DNA from: an uncultured Gammaproteobacteria bacterium
GTDB lineage: Bacteria > Patescibacteriota > Patescibacteriia > S139-126
Assembly: GCA_964620905.1 (NCBI GenBank)
Contig: CAZUKA010000001.1
Location: 222,524 to 286,523, forward strand
Direction: 5' to 3'
Length of the DNA stretch: 64,000 nucleotides
The position numbers were made by a program, and so were the translations under genes. Under the pieces are notes generated by a model that was not told the origin of the DNA, did not search any database, and worked only from the letters and a program-made list of their open reading frames with translations. Of this stretch, positions 10,401-19,517 are shown in pieces (positions within the stretch are counted from its first letter, which is position 1; every line of letters begins with the position of its first letter).

Positions 10401-11096
10401 TCAATATAAATTATGTTTTTTTATAATAATTTCTTTTGCATGAAAATATTTTACTATTGAAGCAGGTGTATAACCAACTAAAGGCCAAGGTAAATTATAA
10501 AAAAATTTAGGCCACCAAGTTGACATGTGCCCAGCCGAGGGTTTAATTATTTTATAACAAACTTCAAAAATATTAAAACCTTTTTTTCCCTGTTGCAACA
10601 AAGTCAACCATAAATCCCAATCTTGAAATTTTTCCAAGGATTCATCAAAACCAACAAAATCATCACGACGTAGCAATGAAGTAGTATGGATGTAATTTTC
10701 TTGTTTTAATTTACTAGCAGAAAAAGTTTGACTGAGGATCAATTTCCAGCCAAGCTTATAAGAAGAATAAACATAACTTGCTTGCGGATTAGAAAATAAC
10801 GTCTGTAACATAATTGACAACATATTTGGTTTCATTATTACATCATCATCAACAAAGATAACATACTCGCCTCGTGATAAACTAAAACCTCTATTTCTAG
10901 CTACTGGTGCACCTTGGTGATTTTGTCGATAAAAAATTATTTCAGGAAAATTAATTAATAATTTTTTTACATCATAATCAGAACCATCATCAACCACAAT
11001 AATTTCATAATCTTTATAGGTTTGTTGTCTGATACTTGCCAGGCAACGTGGAAGTAATTGTCTGTGGTTGTAGGTTGGAATTATTATTGAAATCAT
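10401..11096 (-). CDS. Glycosyltransferase family 2
   Basis: ISIIIPTYNHRQLLPRCLASIRQQTYKDYEIIVVDDGSDYD, textbook GT2 N-terminus. Confidence 0.7.
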   Translation of the reverse strand: MISIIIPTYNHRQLLPRCLASIRQQTYKDYEIIVVDDGSDYDVKKLLINFPEIIFYRQNHQGAPVARNRGFSLSRGEYVIFVDDDVIMKPNMLSIMLQTLFSNPQASYVYSSYKLGWKLILSQTFSASKLKQENYIHTTSLLRRDDFVGFDESLEKFQDWDLWLTLLQQGKKGFNIFEVCYKIIKPSAGHMSTWWPKFFYNLPWPLVGYTPASIVKYFHAKEIIIKKHNLY

Positions 11097-11102
11097 AACA
11101 GG

Positions 11103-12203
11103 CTAAGATAATAAATCAGATAAAACTTGGGCTTGTTTTTGCCAACTAAACGTTTCAGCCCAAAGTCTATTATTTTTTCCATAACTTTTTAATAATTCTG
11201 GTTTGATTAAAAGTTTAATTATTTCATTTGCAATCATCTTGCTTGAAGCATTCTCTGATAAAATAATACCGGTCTGCTGATGTAGTACTGCTTCGCTAAC
11301 TCCACCACTATCAGTCGCCAATACTGGCAAATAAAATAAACCCGCTTCCAAATAAACCATACCAAAGCCTTCAACATCTCCTTTTAAATTATGTGGCAAC
11401 ATAATAAATAAATCTTGCTTTTGATACAATTGTGCTAATTGATCATTGTCCAATCTACCAACAAAAAAAATTTTGTCTTCTGCCTTAAGCTTTTTGACTA
11501 ATTTTTCTAAACGCAATTTATCTACACCTTCACCAACAATGGTATAACTCACTTGTGGAAATTTAAACCAAACATCAGGTAGAGCCATTATCACTCGATC
11601 AATCCCTTTACGAGAAACAAGTCTCGCAACTGTTATTAGACTAAAACTTTGATCTTTTTTTTCAATTTGCTTGACTTGGTTTGATAATTTAATCAGTGCT
11701 AACTGTGGACCTGGCTTCACAACTACAATTCTGTTTTTTTTAATAAAATAACTTTCTACTATTTTTTTAGTAAATTCGGAATTGACGATAATAGTATCAG
11801 CTGAATTCATTATTATTTTGGCTAAAAATTTCTTTCTGCCTTGAAGTTGTAAAATGTCAAAACCATGACAAGAAATAAAATAATTTTCAATAAAATCAAA
11901 TTTTTTTAGTAACCATAAAACCGTACCGATCGGGAGAATTTGTCCAGCAATAAAATTGTGAAAAGAATGTTTTGTTTGTAAATTTAAAATTATAAATAAC
12001 AATTTCAACCATCTTGGCCAAATCCAATCAAACAACATTTTTCTTCTAATAACATTTTGATCTTCAAAATTTTCCTTAGCTGTTTTCGGAGCTAAAATAT
12101 AAAAAAAATCTGTAGGTAAAAATTTATTTAGACCTACCCAATAGTTAGCCACTCCACCAGTCTGGGGCAAATAATCTAATGTTATCAGAATAGTCTTTTT
12201 CAT
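11103..12203 (-). CDS. Glycosyltransferase family 4
   Basis: GT4 motif EGFGMVYLEAGLFYLPVLATDSGGVSEAV near the C-terminus. Confidence 0.65.
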   Translation of the reverse strand: MKKTILITLDYLPQTGGVANYWVGLNKFLPTDFFYILAPKTAKENFEDQNVIRRKMLFDWIWPRWLKLLFIILNLQTKHSFHNFIAGQILPIGTVLWLLKKFDFIENYFISCHGFDILQLQGRKKFLAKIIMNSADTIIVNSEFTKKIVESYFIKKNRIVVVKPGPQLALIKLSNQVKQIEKKDQSFSLITVARLVSRKGIDRVIMALPDVWFKFPQVSYTIVGEGVDKLRLEKLVKKLKAEDKIFFVGRLDNDQLAQLYQKQDLFIMLPHNLKGDVEGFGMVYLEAGLFYLPVLATDSGGVSEAVLHQQTGIILSENASSKMIANEIIKLLIKPELLKSYGKNNRLWAETFSWQKQAQVLSDLLS

Positions 12204-12211
12204 CAGGATTT

Positions 12212-13696
12212 TTAATTTTTTCTAATTGAAAATAAGACCTGTTTAATATCCCTAGAAGTAATTGTTTTAATTATAACTTGTAAAATCAAATAAGCTAGAC
12301 CTCCCAATATAGCACTCAACAACCAATTCAAATAACCTAAACTGAAAAAAATGACTATAACCATTAGACAACTAGAAAATAAAGTTTTAAAAGTTACAAT
12401 GAATAAATACTTAATATCAATTTTCAATAGACATCTCACAGCCAAACTATTTAAAATAAATAATATTAAAGTGCTTAAAAATGAAGCAATCGCCGCTCCT
12501 ACGGCTTGATAGTTTGGTATTAAAAATAAATTAAACATAATATTTAAAATCATTGCCAAACCGATATTCAAGGTATTTCGAGCCTGTTTATTGGCGGCGT
12601 TAAGCAAAGAACCTAAAGGAAAGTTTATAAATAAAAACAATAAACTGGTTATTAAAATTTGCAATGGTAGAATCGAACCTATATAGGCAGAGGTGTAAAG
12701 AGTTGAAATAAATTTATCTGCTAAAAATACAACTCCAAAAGTCAAGGGAATGGTCAATATGATTATATAATAAATCGCCCGAGTAAACGATTTATTAAGC
12801 ATTACCTTATCATGAGTAAAATAAGTGCTCATAGCCGGATAAAGCGACGCGACCAAAGCCAAGGGTAAAAATTGCAAAGCAAAAGTAAGTTTATAAGCTA
12901 CGGCATAAAAACCCAAAGCTGCATTGGAAGCTAATTTAGATAACAAAACTTGATCAAAAGCGCCATAAATTTTAGTAAAACCAGCCGCTAAAGCAAAGGG
13001 TAAAATTATAAAAAAAATTTTTTGCCAATAAAAAAAATCAAACGCCAAACTGATATTTAATTTAATTTTCCAATGGAGTAAAACAAAGACATAAATTAAA
13101 TTTATTAGATTAGCACCCAATAAAACTAACAATAAAATTTTTAAATCTGTAGTAAATTGTAAAGTTATAATACCTACCGCGCTCACCAATACTTGTACCC
13201 CAACTGTTCCAAAAGATTCATACTTAAGATTATGCCAGCCACGAATAATTGCATAAGAAGATATAACCAATGATTCAACTAACATCAAAACTGCGGCAAT
13301 CACAATTAAATGCTTGGTCAATTGTTGATACTGCAGTAAATTTATCACTAAAAAAATCAAACTAATTGAAATTATTGCACTAAATACTTTAAAACCTAAA
13401 ATATTACTAAGTAGCTTCTGAGATAGCGAATGATCTTTAGCCACTTCTCTAGTAATAAAATGATTGGTACCAAAATCAACTACAATAGAAAATATAGCTA
13501 CAAACGATAAAGCAAAAACATACTGACCCAAATTTTCTGCTCCCAAAACACGTGCCAAATAGGTGAAATAAACAAAAGATACGATCTTTTGCAAAATTAA
13601 TGCCAAGGTAAACCAGGTGGTGTTGGCGGCTACTTTCGTTTGCTCTTTGTCCATAAAATCATTATACCTTAAAATCTTTTGAAAAATAAACCTCAA
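12212..13696 (-). CDS. Wzx-type polysaccharide flippase (MOP/PST family)
   Basis: About 14 TM helices. N-terminal TWFTLALILQKIVSFVYFTYLARVLGAENLGQY is typical of PST flippases. An alternative start at the Met of MDKEQTK (13654) is possible. Confidence 0.6.
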   Translation of the reverse strand: MRFIFQKILRYNDFMDKEQTKVAANTTWFTLALILQKIVSFVYFTYLARVLGAENLGQYVFALSFVAIFSIVVDFGTNHFITREVAKDHSLSQKLLSNILGFKVFSAIISISLIFLVINLLQYQQLTKHLIVIAAVLMLVESLVISSYAIIRGWHNLKYESFGTVGVQVLVSAVGIITLQFTTDLKILLLVLLGANLINLIYVFVLLHWKIKLNISLAFDFFYWQKIFFIILPFALAAGFTKIYGAFDQVLLSKLASNAALGFYAVAYKLTFALQFLPLALVASLYPAMSTYFTHDKVMLNKSFTRAIYYIIILTIPLTFGVVFLADKFISTLYTSAYIGSILPLQILITSLLFLFINFPLGSLLNAANKQARNTLNIGLAMILNIMFNLFLIPNYQAVGAAIASFLSTLILFILNSLAVRCLLKIDIKYLFIVTFKTLFSSCLMVIVIFFSLGYLNWLLSAILGGLAYLILQVIIKTITSRDIKQVLFSIRKN

Positions 13697-13781
13697 CTTT
13701 TTTTATCAACTTTCCTCTTTACTCTTTAAGACTATGTTAAAAAAAATTTAAAGTTTTAATTAATAATATTTTTTCATAATA

Positions 13782-13805
13782 AAAGCGATACGTCGGTATC
13801 GCTTT
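13782..13805 (-). terminator. Rho-independent terminator after rpsI
   Basis: Hairpin aaagcgatac-gtcg-gtatcgcttt immediately 3' of the rpsI stop (13825), flanked by T/A runs on both sides. Confidence 0.55.
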
Positions 13806-13824
13806 TTAAATTTCCCAAAATTGA

Positions 13825-14262
13825 TTATCTTTTTTGCCACTGAGGTGCTCGACGAGCTTTCTTTAAACCTGGTTTTTTTCTTTCTTTTTTCCTTGAATCT
13901 CTGGTCAATAATAAAGATTTTTTTAGAACTGGTCGTAAGTCTCTATCCATTCCTACTAATGCCCGGGCAATACCCAATCTAATAGCATCAGTTTGTCCCT
14001 TATAACCTCCCCCACTAACTTTCACCACCAAATCATAACTCTCACTTTTTGCTGTTAAACTTAATGGTTTTTTCACATTGATTAACAATTCTTGTCTAGG
14101 AAAGTATTGTTCAACAGACTTATCATTAACAATAAACCTACCTTTACCTTTGGGATAAAATCTGACTTTGGCTACAGCGTTTTTTCTTTTACCAATGGCA
14201 GCAAAATATTTTCCTTTGAATTCACCAACATCAGTAGAGACTTTTTTTTCTTTTATAGCCAT
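13825..14262 (-). CDS. rpsI: 30S ribosomal protein S9
   Basis: GGGYKGQTDAIRLGIARAL ... RDSRKKERKKPGLKKARRAPQWQKR, the conserved S9 C-terminus. Confidence 0.9.
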   Translation of the reverse strand: MAIKEKKVSTDVGEFKGKYFAAIGKRKNAVAKVRFYPKGKGRFIVNDKSVEQYFPRQELLINVKKPLSLTAKSESYDLVVKVSGGGYKGQTDAIRLGIARALVGMDRDLRPVLKKSLLLTRDSRKKERKKPGLKKARRAPQWQKR

Positions 14263-14265
14263 AAA

Positions 14266-14622
14266 TTATTTAAAAGTTAATCTTTTAATCATCTGCTCAC
14301 GTAATTTATTTTTCGGTAACATATTATAAACTGCTTGTTTGATAACCTGTTTAGGATCATTATTTAAAATTTCTGCCAATTGCTTTCTTTTTAGACCCCC
14401 GGGATAACCACTATAGTGAAAATACTCCTTTTGTTGTAATTTATCACCGGTTAATTTTATTTTATCTGGATTTAATATAACCACCTTATCACCTTGATCA
14501 AAATAATAAGTGAAATTTACTTTATGTTTGCCACGTAAAATCGTCGCGACTTTTGTGGCTAAACGACCTAAAACAACCCCGGTCGCATCAATTTCATGAA
14601 TATGTCTTTTAACTTGTTTCAT
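14266..14622 (-). CDS. rplM: 50S ribosomal protein L13
   Basis: MKQVKRHIHEIDATGVVLGRLATKVATILRGKHK, L13 N-terminal signature. Gene order L13-S9. Confidence 0.9.
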   Translation of the reverse strand: MKQVKRHIHEIDATGVVLGRLATKVATILRGKHKVNFTYYFDQGDKVVILNPDKIKLTGDKLQQKEYFHYSGYPGGLKRKQLAEILNNDPKQVIKQAVYNMLPKNKLREQMIKRLTFK

Positions 14623-14626
14623 AAAA

Positions 14627-14980
14627 TTATTTTACCAATTCAATATAAACTTGTTCCGCACCATCACCGCGCCGCGGAGACACTTTATAAATCCTACTGT
14701 ACCCACCTTGTTTATCAAGATATCTTGGACCCAATACTTCAAAAAGTTTTTTTCTGGCATTTTCAGTCAAAACTCTCGACCGCACAATTCGTCGGTTATG
14801 CAAATTATCAACCTTGGCACGGGTAATCAAGGGTTCTAATTTAGTTCTTATAACTTTTGCTTTGGTAGGGGTCGTCTTTATTTTTTCATACAATATCAAA
14901 CTATCCACCAAGTTTTTCAACATTAAATTTCGTGGCCCTACTTTTCTTTTAAAAATTTTTCCTTTATGTAAATGCCGCAT
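14627..14980 (-). CDS. rplQ: 50S ribosomal protein L17
   Basis: MRHLHKGKIFKRKVGPRNLMLKNLVDSLILYEKIKTTPTKAK. Follows rpoA as in the alpha operon. Confidence 0.9.
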   Translation of the reverse strand: MRHLHKGKIFKRKVGPRNLMLKNLVDSLILYEKIKTTPTKAKVIRTKLEPLITRAKVDNLHNRRIVRSRVLTENARKKLFEVLGPRYLDKQGGYSRIYKVSPRRGDGAEQVYIELVK

Positions 14981-14985
14981 AATTA

Positions 14986-15741
14986 CTATTCTTTGGTTGC
15001 TTTCTTTTTGGACTTTTCTTTCACTTTTCCCGGTTCATCGTTTTTCTCCACTTGGGTATGCTCTCTCAATAATTGAAAATGTTCTAATAATATAGATAGG
15101 GCATAATCCATAGCGTTGGGTGGCAAAATTGTTCCGTCAGTCTGTATATTCATAGTTAAACGATCATAATTTATATCTTGACCCACGCGAGCTGGTGTTA
15201 CTTCAAAACCAACATTTCTAACCGGTGAAAAAAAGGCATCTAAATAAATCACTCCAACCTCTTTGGCTTCATTTTTTCTGTCCTCTACTGGTAAATAACC
15301 AAAACCTTTTTCTATTGTCATCTCGATATCTAAATCGGCTTTTTTATCAGTGATATTGGCAATGATAAAATCTTGGTCAATTATTTCAACATCTGAGTTT
15401 TTTTCTAAATCACTAGCTTTAATTGGTCCTATTTTTCCTTTAACTTTAAGATGAATTTTTACCGGCTCAGCACTTAAACAACGCAAACGTAAATTTTTCA
15501 AATTGAGCATAATTTGAACAACATCTTCTTTTACACCTACAATGGTTGAAAACTCATGATCAACTTTTTTGATTTTTATTTTGGTAATAGCCGCCCCTGG
15601 CAAAGAAGAAAGAAGAACTCGACGTAAGGCATTGCCCAAAGTAGTACCATAGCCGGCGCTACAAGGCTCAACAATAAATCTTGACTCGTGGTTGCCTAAA
15701 TCCTCCCAGGTAATCTTGTTTGGCAATGGTATGATAGACAT
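14986..15741 (-). CDS. rpoA: DNA-directed RNA polymerase alpha subunit, N-terminal domain only (no alpha-CTD)
   Basis: ITWEDLGNHESRFIVEPCSAGYGTTLGNALRRVLLSSLPGAAIT matches the alpha NTD. The protein ends after 251 aa with a Lys-rich tail (EKNDEPGKVKEKSKKKATKE) in place of the ~80-aa alpha-CTD. Confidence 0.85.
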   Translation of the reverse strand: MSIIPLPNKITWEDLGNHESRFIVEPCSAGYGTTLGNALRRVLLSSLPGAAITKIKIKKVDHEFSTIVGVKEDVVQIMLNLKNLRLRCLSAEPVKIHLKVKGKIGPIKASDLEKNSDVEIIDQDFIIANITDKKADLDIEMTIEKGFGYLPVEDRKNEAKEVGVIYLDAFFSPVRNVGFEVTPARVGQDINYDRLTMNIQTDGTILPPNAMDYALSILLEHFQLLREHTQVEKNDEPGKVKEKSKKKATKE

Positions 15742-15755
15742 AAAATAAAATTAAA

Positions 15756-16370
15756 TTATTTAGAATAAAATTCAATTATCGCCCGCGTATCAAAAAGTAA
15801 TGACTGTAAATCTAGGGCGGGACTGGTCACCAACTTGACTGACAAACTCTTCTGATCGTTTGCTAACCAAGTTGCTGTCTCTGTCTTTGTTGGCCACTTT
15901 TTAACTAAATCTTTAATCAATGATTTATTTTTTTTGTTCTCCTTAATACTAATAACATCGCCAATACGGCAAGCATAAGAGGGTATATCAACTTTTTTAC
16001 CATTAACCAAAATAAAACCATGAGTTACAAGTTGTCTAGCTTGTGCTCTGCTATCAGCAAAACCTGATCGAAAAATTACATTATCTAAACGTGATTCAAG
16101 TAATTGAACTAATATTTCACCGGTATTACCTTTACGTTGCAATGCTTTTTTATAATAATTTACAAACTGTTTTTCCATTAAACCATAAATTCTTTTGGCT
16201 TTTTGCTTTTCTCGCAGTTGTTGACCATAAGTTGACAACCGGACTCTTTGGGAAGGTCCGTGTAAACCCGGCGGGTAATTTCTTTTTTGCAAAGGATTTT
16301 TTACTTTACCAAATAAATTAACTCCTTCGCGCCTAGAAAGCTTATCTTTTGGTCCTAAATATCTGCCCAT
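15756..16370 (-). CDS. rpsD: 30S ribosomal protein S4
   Basis: [23 protein letters not shown]4 N-terminus. Alpha-operon position. Confidence 0.9.
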   Translation of the reverse strand: MGRYLGPKDKLSRREGVNLFGKVKNPLQKRNYPPGLHGPSQRVRLSTYGQQLREKQKAKRIYGLMEKQFVNYYKKALQRKGNTGEILVQLLESRLDNVIFRSGFADSRAQARQLVTHGFILVNGKKVDIPSYACRIGDVISIKENKKNKSLIKDLVKKWPTKTETATWLANDQKSLSVKLVTSPALDLQSLLFDTRAIIEFYSK

Positions 16371-16388
16371 GTGACTATATAATAAATA

Positions 16389-16838
16389 TTAGACTCTTCT
16401 TGGTTTCTTTGGACGACAACCATTGTGCGGCAATGGCGTCACATCGCGAATCGAAACTACCTCAATATTGTTCGCTTGTAAAGCTCTAACCGCACCTTCT
16501 CGACCACCACCCACACCCTTAACCATCACAGCCACTTCTTTTACTCCATAATCACGAATCTTTTCAGCGGCAGTTCTTACAATAATACCAGCAGCATATG
16601 GAGTCGCCTTTTTGGGACCTTTAAAACCACATTGTCCAGCACTAACAGTTATTAAAACATTTCCGTTCATATCAGCAAAACTTACAACAGTATTGTTGTA
16701 GGTAGCCTGAATATAAACATTCCCTCTGCGGACTAATCTTTTTTTTCGGTTCTTTTTCACTTTTTTGATTCCAACCTCTTCACCACTTACCTGTTCAGTG
16801 GAAATATTATTGTTATTGGTTTTTATTGTTTCTACCAT
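16389..16838 (-). CDS. rpsK: 30S ribosomal protein S11
   Basis: KKRLVRRGNVYIQATYNNTVVSFADMNGNVL ... core S11 sequence. Confidence 0.9.
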   Translation of the reverse strand: MVETIKTNNNNISTEQVSGEEVGIKKVKKNRKKRLVRRGNVYIQATYNNTVVSFADMNGNVLITVSAGQCGFKGPKKATPYAAGIIVRTAAEKIRDYGVKEVAVMVKGVGGGREGAVRALQANNIEVVSIRDVTPLPHNGCRPKKPRRV

Positions 16839-16848
16839 TTATATTGTT

Positions 16849-17238
16849 TTAAGTCTTTTGGGCGGCCTTGGCACGACCAGATCCCATAGTTTTACGTACA
16901 TTCCCTCGTACTGTACGACTATTAGTTTTAGTTCTTTGTCCACGCACTGGTAAATTGCGGGCATGCCGACTACCGCGATAAGTACTAATTTCTTTTAACC
17001 TTTTAATATTTGTTAAAATTTCTCTTTTTAAATCCCCTTCAATTTTAAAATTCTTATCAATAAAATTCTTGATGTCATTTAATTGTTTCTCCGTTACGTC
17101 CTTAACTTTCATGTTTTTATCTATCTCCAATTCACGCAAAATTAAATTTGCTCTGGCTTTGCCAACACCATAAATATATGTCAGGGCAATTTCCATTCTT
17201 TTTTTATCAGGGATATTAATACCGGCAATACGAGCCAT
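16849..17238 (-). CDS. rpsM: 30S ribosomal protein S13
   Basis: MARIAGINIPDKKRMEIALTYIYGVG, S13 N-terminus. Confidence 0.9.
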   Translation of the reverse strand: MARIAGINIPDKKRMEIALTYIYGVGKARANLILRELEIDKNMKVKDVTEKQLNDIKNFIDKNFKIEGDLKREILTNIKRLKEISTYRGSRHARNLPVRGQRTKTNSRTVRGNVRKTMGSGRAKAAQKT

Positions 17239-17253
17239 AAATTTAAAATTAAA

Positions 17254-17367
17254 TTAACCTTGTCTTTGTTTATGTCGAGTATTTTTGCATATTACCCAAA
17301 CGCGTCCTTCTCGACGAATAACGCGACAATCTTTACACATTTTTTTTACTGATGCTCTAACTTTCAT
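17254..17367 (-). CDS. rpmJ: 50S ribosomal protein L36
   Basis: Not in the ORF track because it is under 60 aa. Minus-strand ATG at 17367 gives [37 protein letters not shown] (37 aa) with the C-x2-C-x12-C-x4-H zinc ribbon of L36, between infA and rpsM as expected. Confidence 0.85.
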   Translation of the reverse strand: MKVRASVKKMCKDCRVIRREGRVWVICKNTRHKQRQG

Positions 17368-17372
17368 ATATA

Positions 17373-17654
17373 TTATAATCTTCTAGTTATTCGGCCCTTT
17401 GTCAAATCATACGGACTCAGCTCAAGTTTTACTCTATCTCCCATCACCAACCTAATTTTAAACATTCTCATCTTACCTGATAAATGCGCCAAAATTTCAT
17501 GTCCGTTATCCAACAAAACTTTAAAACTTCCGGCAGGTAATAATTCTATTACCTCACCTTCCAATTCAATAAAACCTTTGTGGTTTTGACTAATGTTTGA
17601 TCCGAGAGTTGTTTTTTCTGGCTCGTCGGTTTGCTCTTTGTTTAATTGTGTCAT
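17373..17654 (-). CDS. infA: Translation initiation factor IF-1 (with ~20-aa N-terminal extension)
   Basis: S1-like OB fold: [68 protein letters not shown]. First gene of the alpha operon. Confidence 0.85.
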   Translation of the reverse strand: MTQLNKEQTDEPEKTTLGSNISQNHKGFIELEGEVIELLPAGSFKVLLDNGHEILAHLSGKMRMFKIRLVMGDRVKLELSPYDLTKGRITRRL

Positions 17655-17674
17655 GAAAAATAAGCAAAATAAAA

Positions 17675-17699
17675 TTCTTAGTAAAGTACTTTACTAGAA
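17675..17699 (-). promoter_or_regulatory. Near-perfect 25-bp palindrome in the infA 5' leader (possible operator or leader hairpin)
   Basis: TTCTTAGTAAAGTACTTTACTAGAA, centred on GTAC, lies 21-45 nt upstream of the infA ATG and downstream of the predicted promoter. Confidence 0.35.
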
Positions 17700-17754
17700 T
17701 TTTGTTGACTTAGGTGTTTTTTTATTTATACACACTATCTAGTCTGTAATAAAT

Positions 17755-17782
17755 ATTATAACAGAAAAGGAAAACGTGTCAA
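17755..17782 (-). promoter_or_regulatory. Sigma70-type promoter for the infA-rpmJ-rpsM-rpsK-rpsD-rpoA-rplQ(-rplM-rpsI) operon
   Basis: Minus strand reads TTGACA (plus 17777-17782), a 16-nt spacer, then TATAAT (plus 17755-17760). Confidence 0.5.
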
Positions 17783-17835
17783 GGAAAAAAATAAAACAAC
17801 GAAATATTTTAAAGATTCTGCTAATTTTAGCCAAA

Positions 17836-18642
17836 TTATTCAAATAAGACTAAACCAATTTTTTTACCTATTGGTCCATTATCTGTCCAATCAGCAATCG
17901 CCTCCAACAGAACTTCAGTTTTATACAAGTAGTCTTGGCCATTTTTTGTACCCGGATCATTAGTTATAAAAAAACCATTATTATAACCTTTTATCACTAA
18001 CATGTGATAAAGTGGTCCTGGGGAACGAAAATTTGGGTTGTTTAAATTTCTACCTGCAGCCGGTACAATTATTGGGTTACCCATTCGCAATTCATTTATT
18101 ATTTTTTCTTCATCTATATTTTCAATCAACCGAAAATTAAATTGGTAATATTTATTTGCCAACTGTGCAGTTTCTGTAATAGTTAAATCTTTATGTGTAC
18201 CAAAAACATCTGATTGAAGTTGAAAATTTACCAAATTATCAATTTGTAGTTTTATTTCACTAACTGAAAAAGAATTTTTATTTTGTAAGTATCCCACCAC
18301 CATCAAAAGAGAAGCTTCTTCACAAGCTTCTTTGTAAGGCATTTCCCAATTAGCCCCAGGTGCTTGTACAACAAAAGGTACTAATAAATTGACATTTTTA
18401 TCCTCTTCTAAAAATTCTTGATTAGATGTTTTTATGGCTGCAGATTCAACAAAACTAACTTTGTCCGGACCATTGTCACTTACTTGTAAATTATTATTTA
18501 TTAAAAAATCTTGACGACTTACTGGTACTGGCAGGGTATTTTTTTCTTTAGGTCTAAAAAAATCGAATTTAAAAAAAGTATATAAAATCAAACCAAAAAA
18601 AAATCCGACTGTTAAATGCAGTTTATATTTTCCAAAATTCAT
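17836..18642 (-). CDS. Membrane-anchored papain-like (peptidase C39-like) domain protein
   Basis: N-terminal TM helix. Candidate catalytic Cys in KEACEEASLLMVVGYL and His in GPLYHMLVIKGYNNGFFITNDPG, resembling the C39_2 family arrangement (Cys ... His-x-V-V-x-GY ... DP). Confidence 0.4.
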   Translation of the reverse strand: MNFGKYKLHLTVGFFFGLILYTFFKFDFFRPKEKNTLPVPVSRQDFLINNNLQVSDNGPDKVSFVESAAIKTSNQEFLEEDKNVNLLVPFVVQAPGANWEMPYKEACEEASLLMVVGYLQNKNSFSVSEIKLQIDNLVNFQLQSDVFGTHKDLTITETAQLANKYYQFNFRLIENIDEEKIINELRMGNPIIVPAAGRNLNNPNFRSPGPLYHMLVIKGYNNGFFITNDPGTKNGQDYLYKTEVLLEAIADWTDNGPIGKKIGLVLFE

Positions 18643-18648
18643 AAAAAA

Positions 18649-18873
18649 TTAACTCTTTTTTTTCTTTTTCTTCAAAAGTAGCGCCCCTGCTGCAAAAGTG
18701 GTCAGCAATCCAACTCCCACAGCCAACTTTTTTTTGGTTTCATTGTCCAAAGATTGATAACGCTGATTAGCAGACTTGGAAAACTTTTTAATCTCTGCTA
18801 ATACTTTATCAACCTGCTTGGACAAATCGCTACTTTTTGGCTTAGTTTGCGTTTTATTTGTATTTTTTGACAT
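18649..18873 (-). CDS. Small tail-anchored membrane protein (hypothetical)
   Basis: 74 aa. Charged N-terminal region, single C-terminal TM (LAVGVGLLTTFAAGALLL) and KKKKKKS tail. Confidence 0.35.
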   Translation of the reverse strand: MSKNTNKTQTKPKSSDLSKQVDKVLAEIKKFSKSANQRYQSLDNETKKKLAVGVGLLTTFAAGALLLKKKKKKS

Positions 18874-18945
18874 AGACCTTTACAAATAATAATTATTCTA
18901 TTTTAATAATAGCAAACATTAACAAATTAATTAAGGAGACCTGTA

Positions 18946-19503
18946 ATGAAAGCATTATTTGCCACTTGGTTGTTTATTTATTTACTGATCAACGGTTGCA
19001 CTATACGTTATACAGCTTCCCAACCACTTACCAATGAAGAACTTTCTAAATTAGTTCGCCACACAATCGTTGATATCTTATCTGACCACAATAAAAAATC
19101 AAACTCTGGGGGTTATGTCCATGACAAATCTGGTTTATTGTTTTTCTACCAGGCTGACCTAGATACAATTTTATTTGAATTTAGTGGTTTTATTAAAAAC
19201 AATGAGGTAAACCAAATTGATAGCGGGTATTTTAAAATGACAGTTTATGGTAAAAATTTTTATTTTTATATTATGGATAAAAATTTTTCCAGCCAAGACA
19301 TCAGTGCAATATATCAATATATAAATATCCAAGGTGACACCATAAGTTTACATTTCAACAACCAGCAAAGATCATTGTTAAAAAATAAATATTTTATTTT
19401 GGAAACTTATGCTTTTTATCTACTGGCTTTAAAAGAATTTTACAATCTTTCAGTACTTAAAATATATCTAACAAAAACCCCCAAAAATTTGGGGGTTTTA
19501 TAA
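18946..19503 (+). CDS. Hypothetical lipoprotein
   Basis: Signal peptide with lipobox (LINGC). 185 aa with no recognisable domain. Stop codon lies inside a terminator hairpin. Confidence 0.4.
   Translation: MKALFATWLFIYLLINGCTIRYTASQPLTNEELSKLVRHTIVDILSDHNKKSNSGGYVHDKSGLLFFYQADLDTILFEFSGFIKNNEVNQIDSGYFKMTVYGKNFYFYIMDKNFSSQDISAIYQYINIQGDTISLHFNNQQRSLLKNKYFILETYAFYLLALKEFYNLSVLKIYLTKTPKNLGVL
19474..19499. terminator. Bidirectional rho-independent terminator (lipoprotein gene on plus, alaS on minus)
   Basis: aaaaccccc-aaaaattt-gggggtttt, a G/C stem flanked by A-run and T-run, sitting between convergent genes. Confidence 0.6.
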
Positions 19504-19517
19504 TATAGTAATTTTAT

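Noticed and set aside
12212-13696. Upstream Met (MRFIFQKILRYNDF-) as the flippase start
   Set aside because: Not rejected outright, but the Met at MDKEQTK (13654) gives a more typical short cytoplasmic N-terminus. Both are reported and I cannot decide from sequence alone.
17700-17740. Plus-strand TTGACT ... TATACA promoter-like sequence at ~17707-17740
   Set aside because: No plus-strand gene lies downstream for >1.2 kb. The sequence is better explained as the AT-rich upstream region of the minus-strand alpha-operon promoter.
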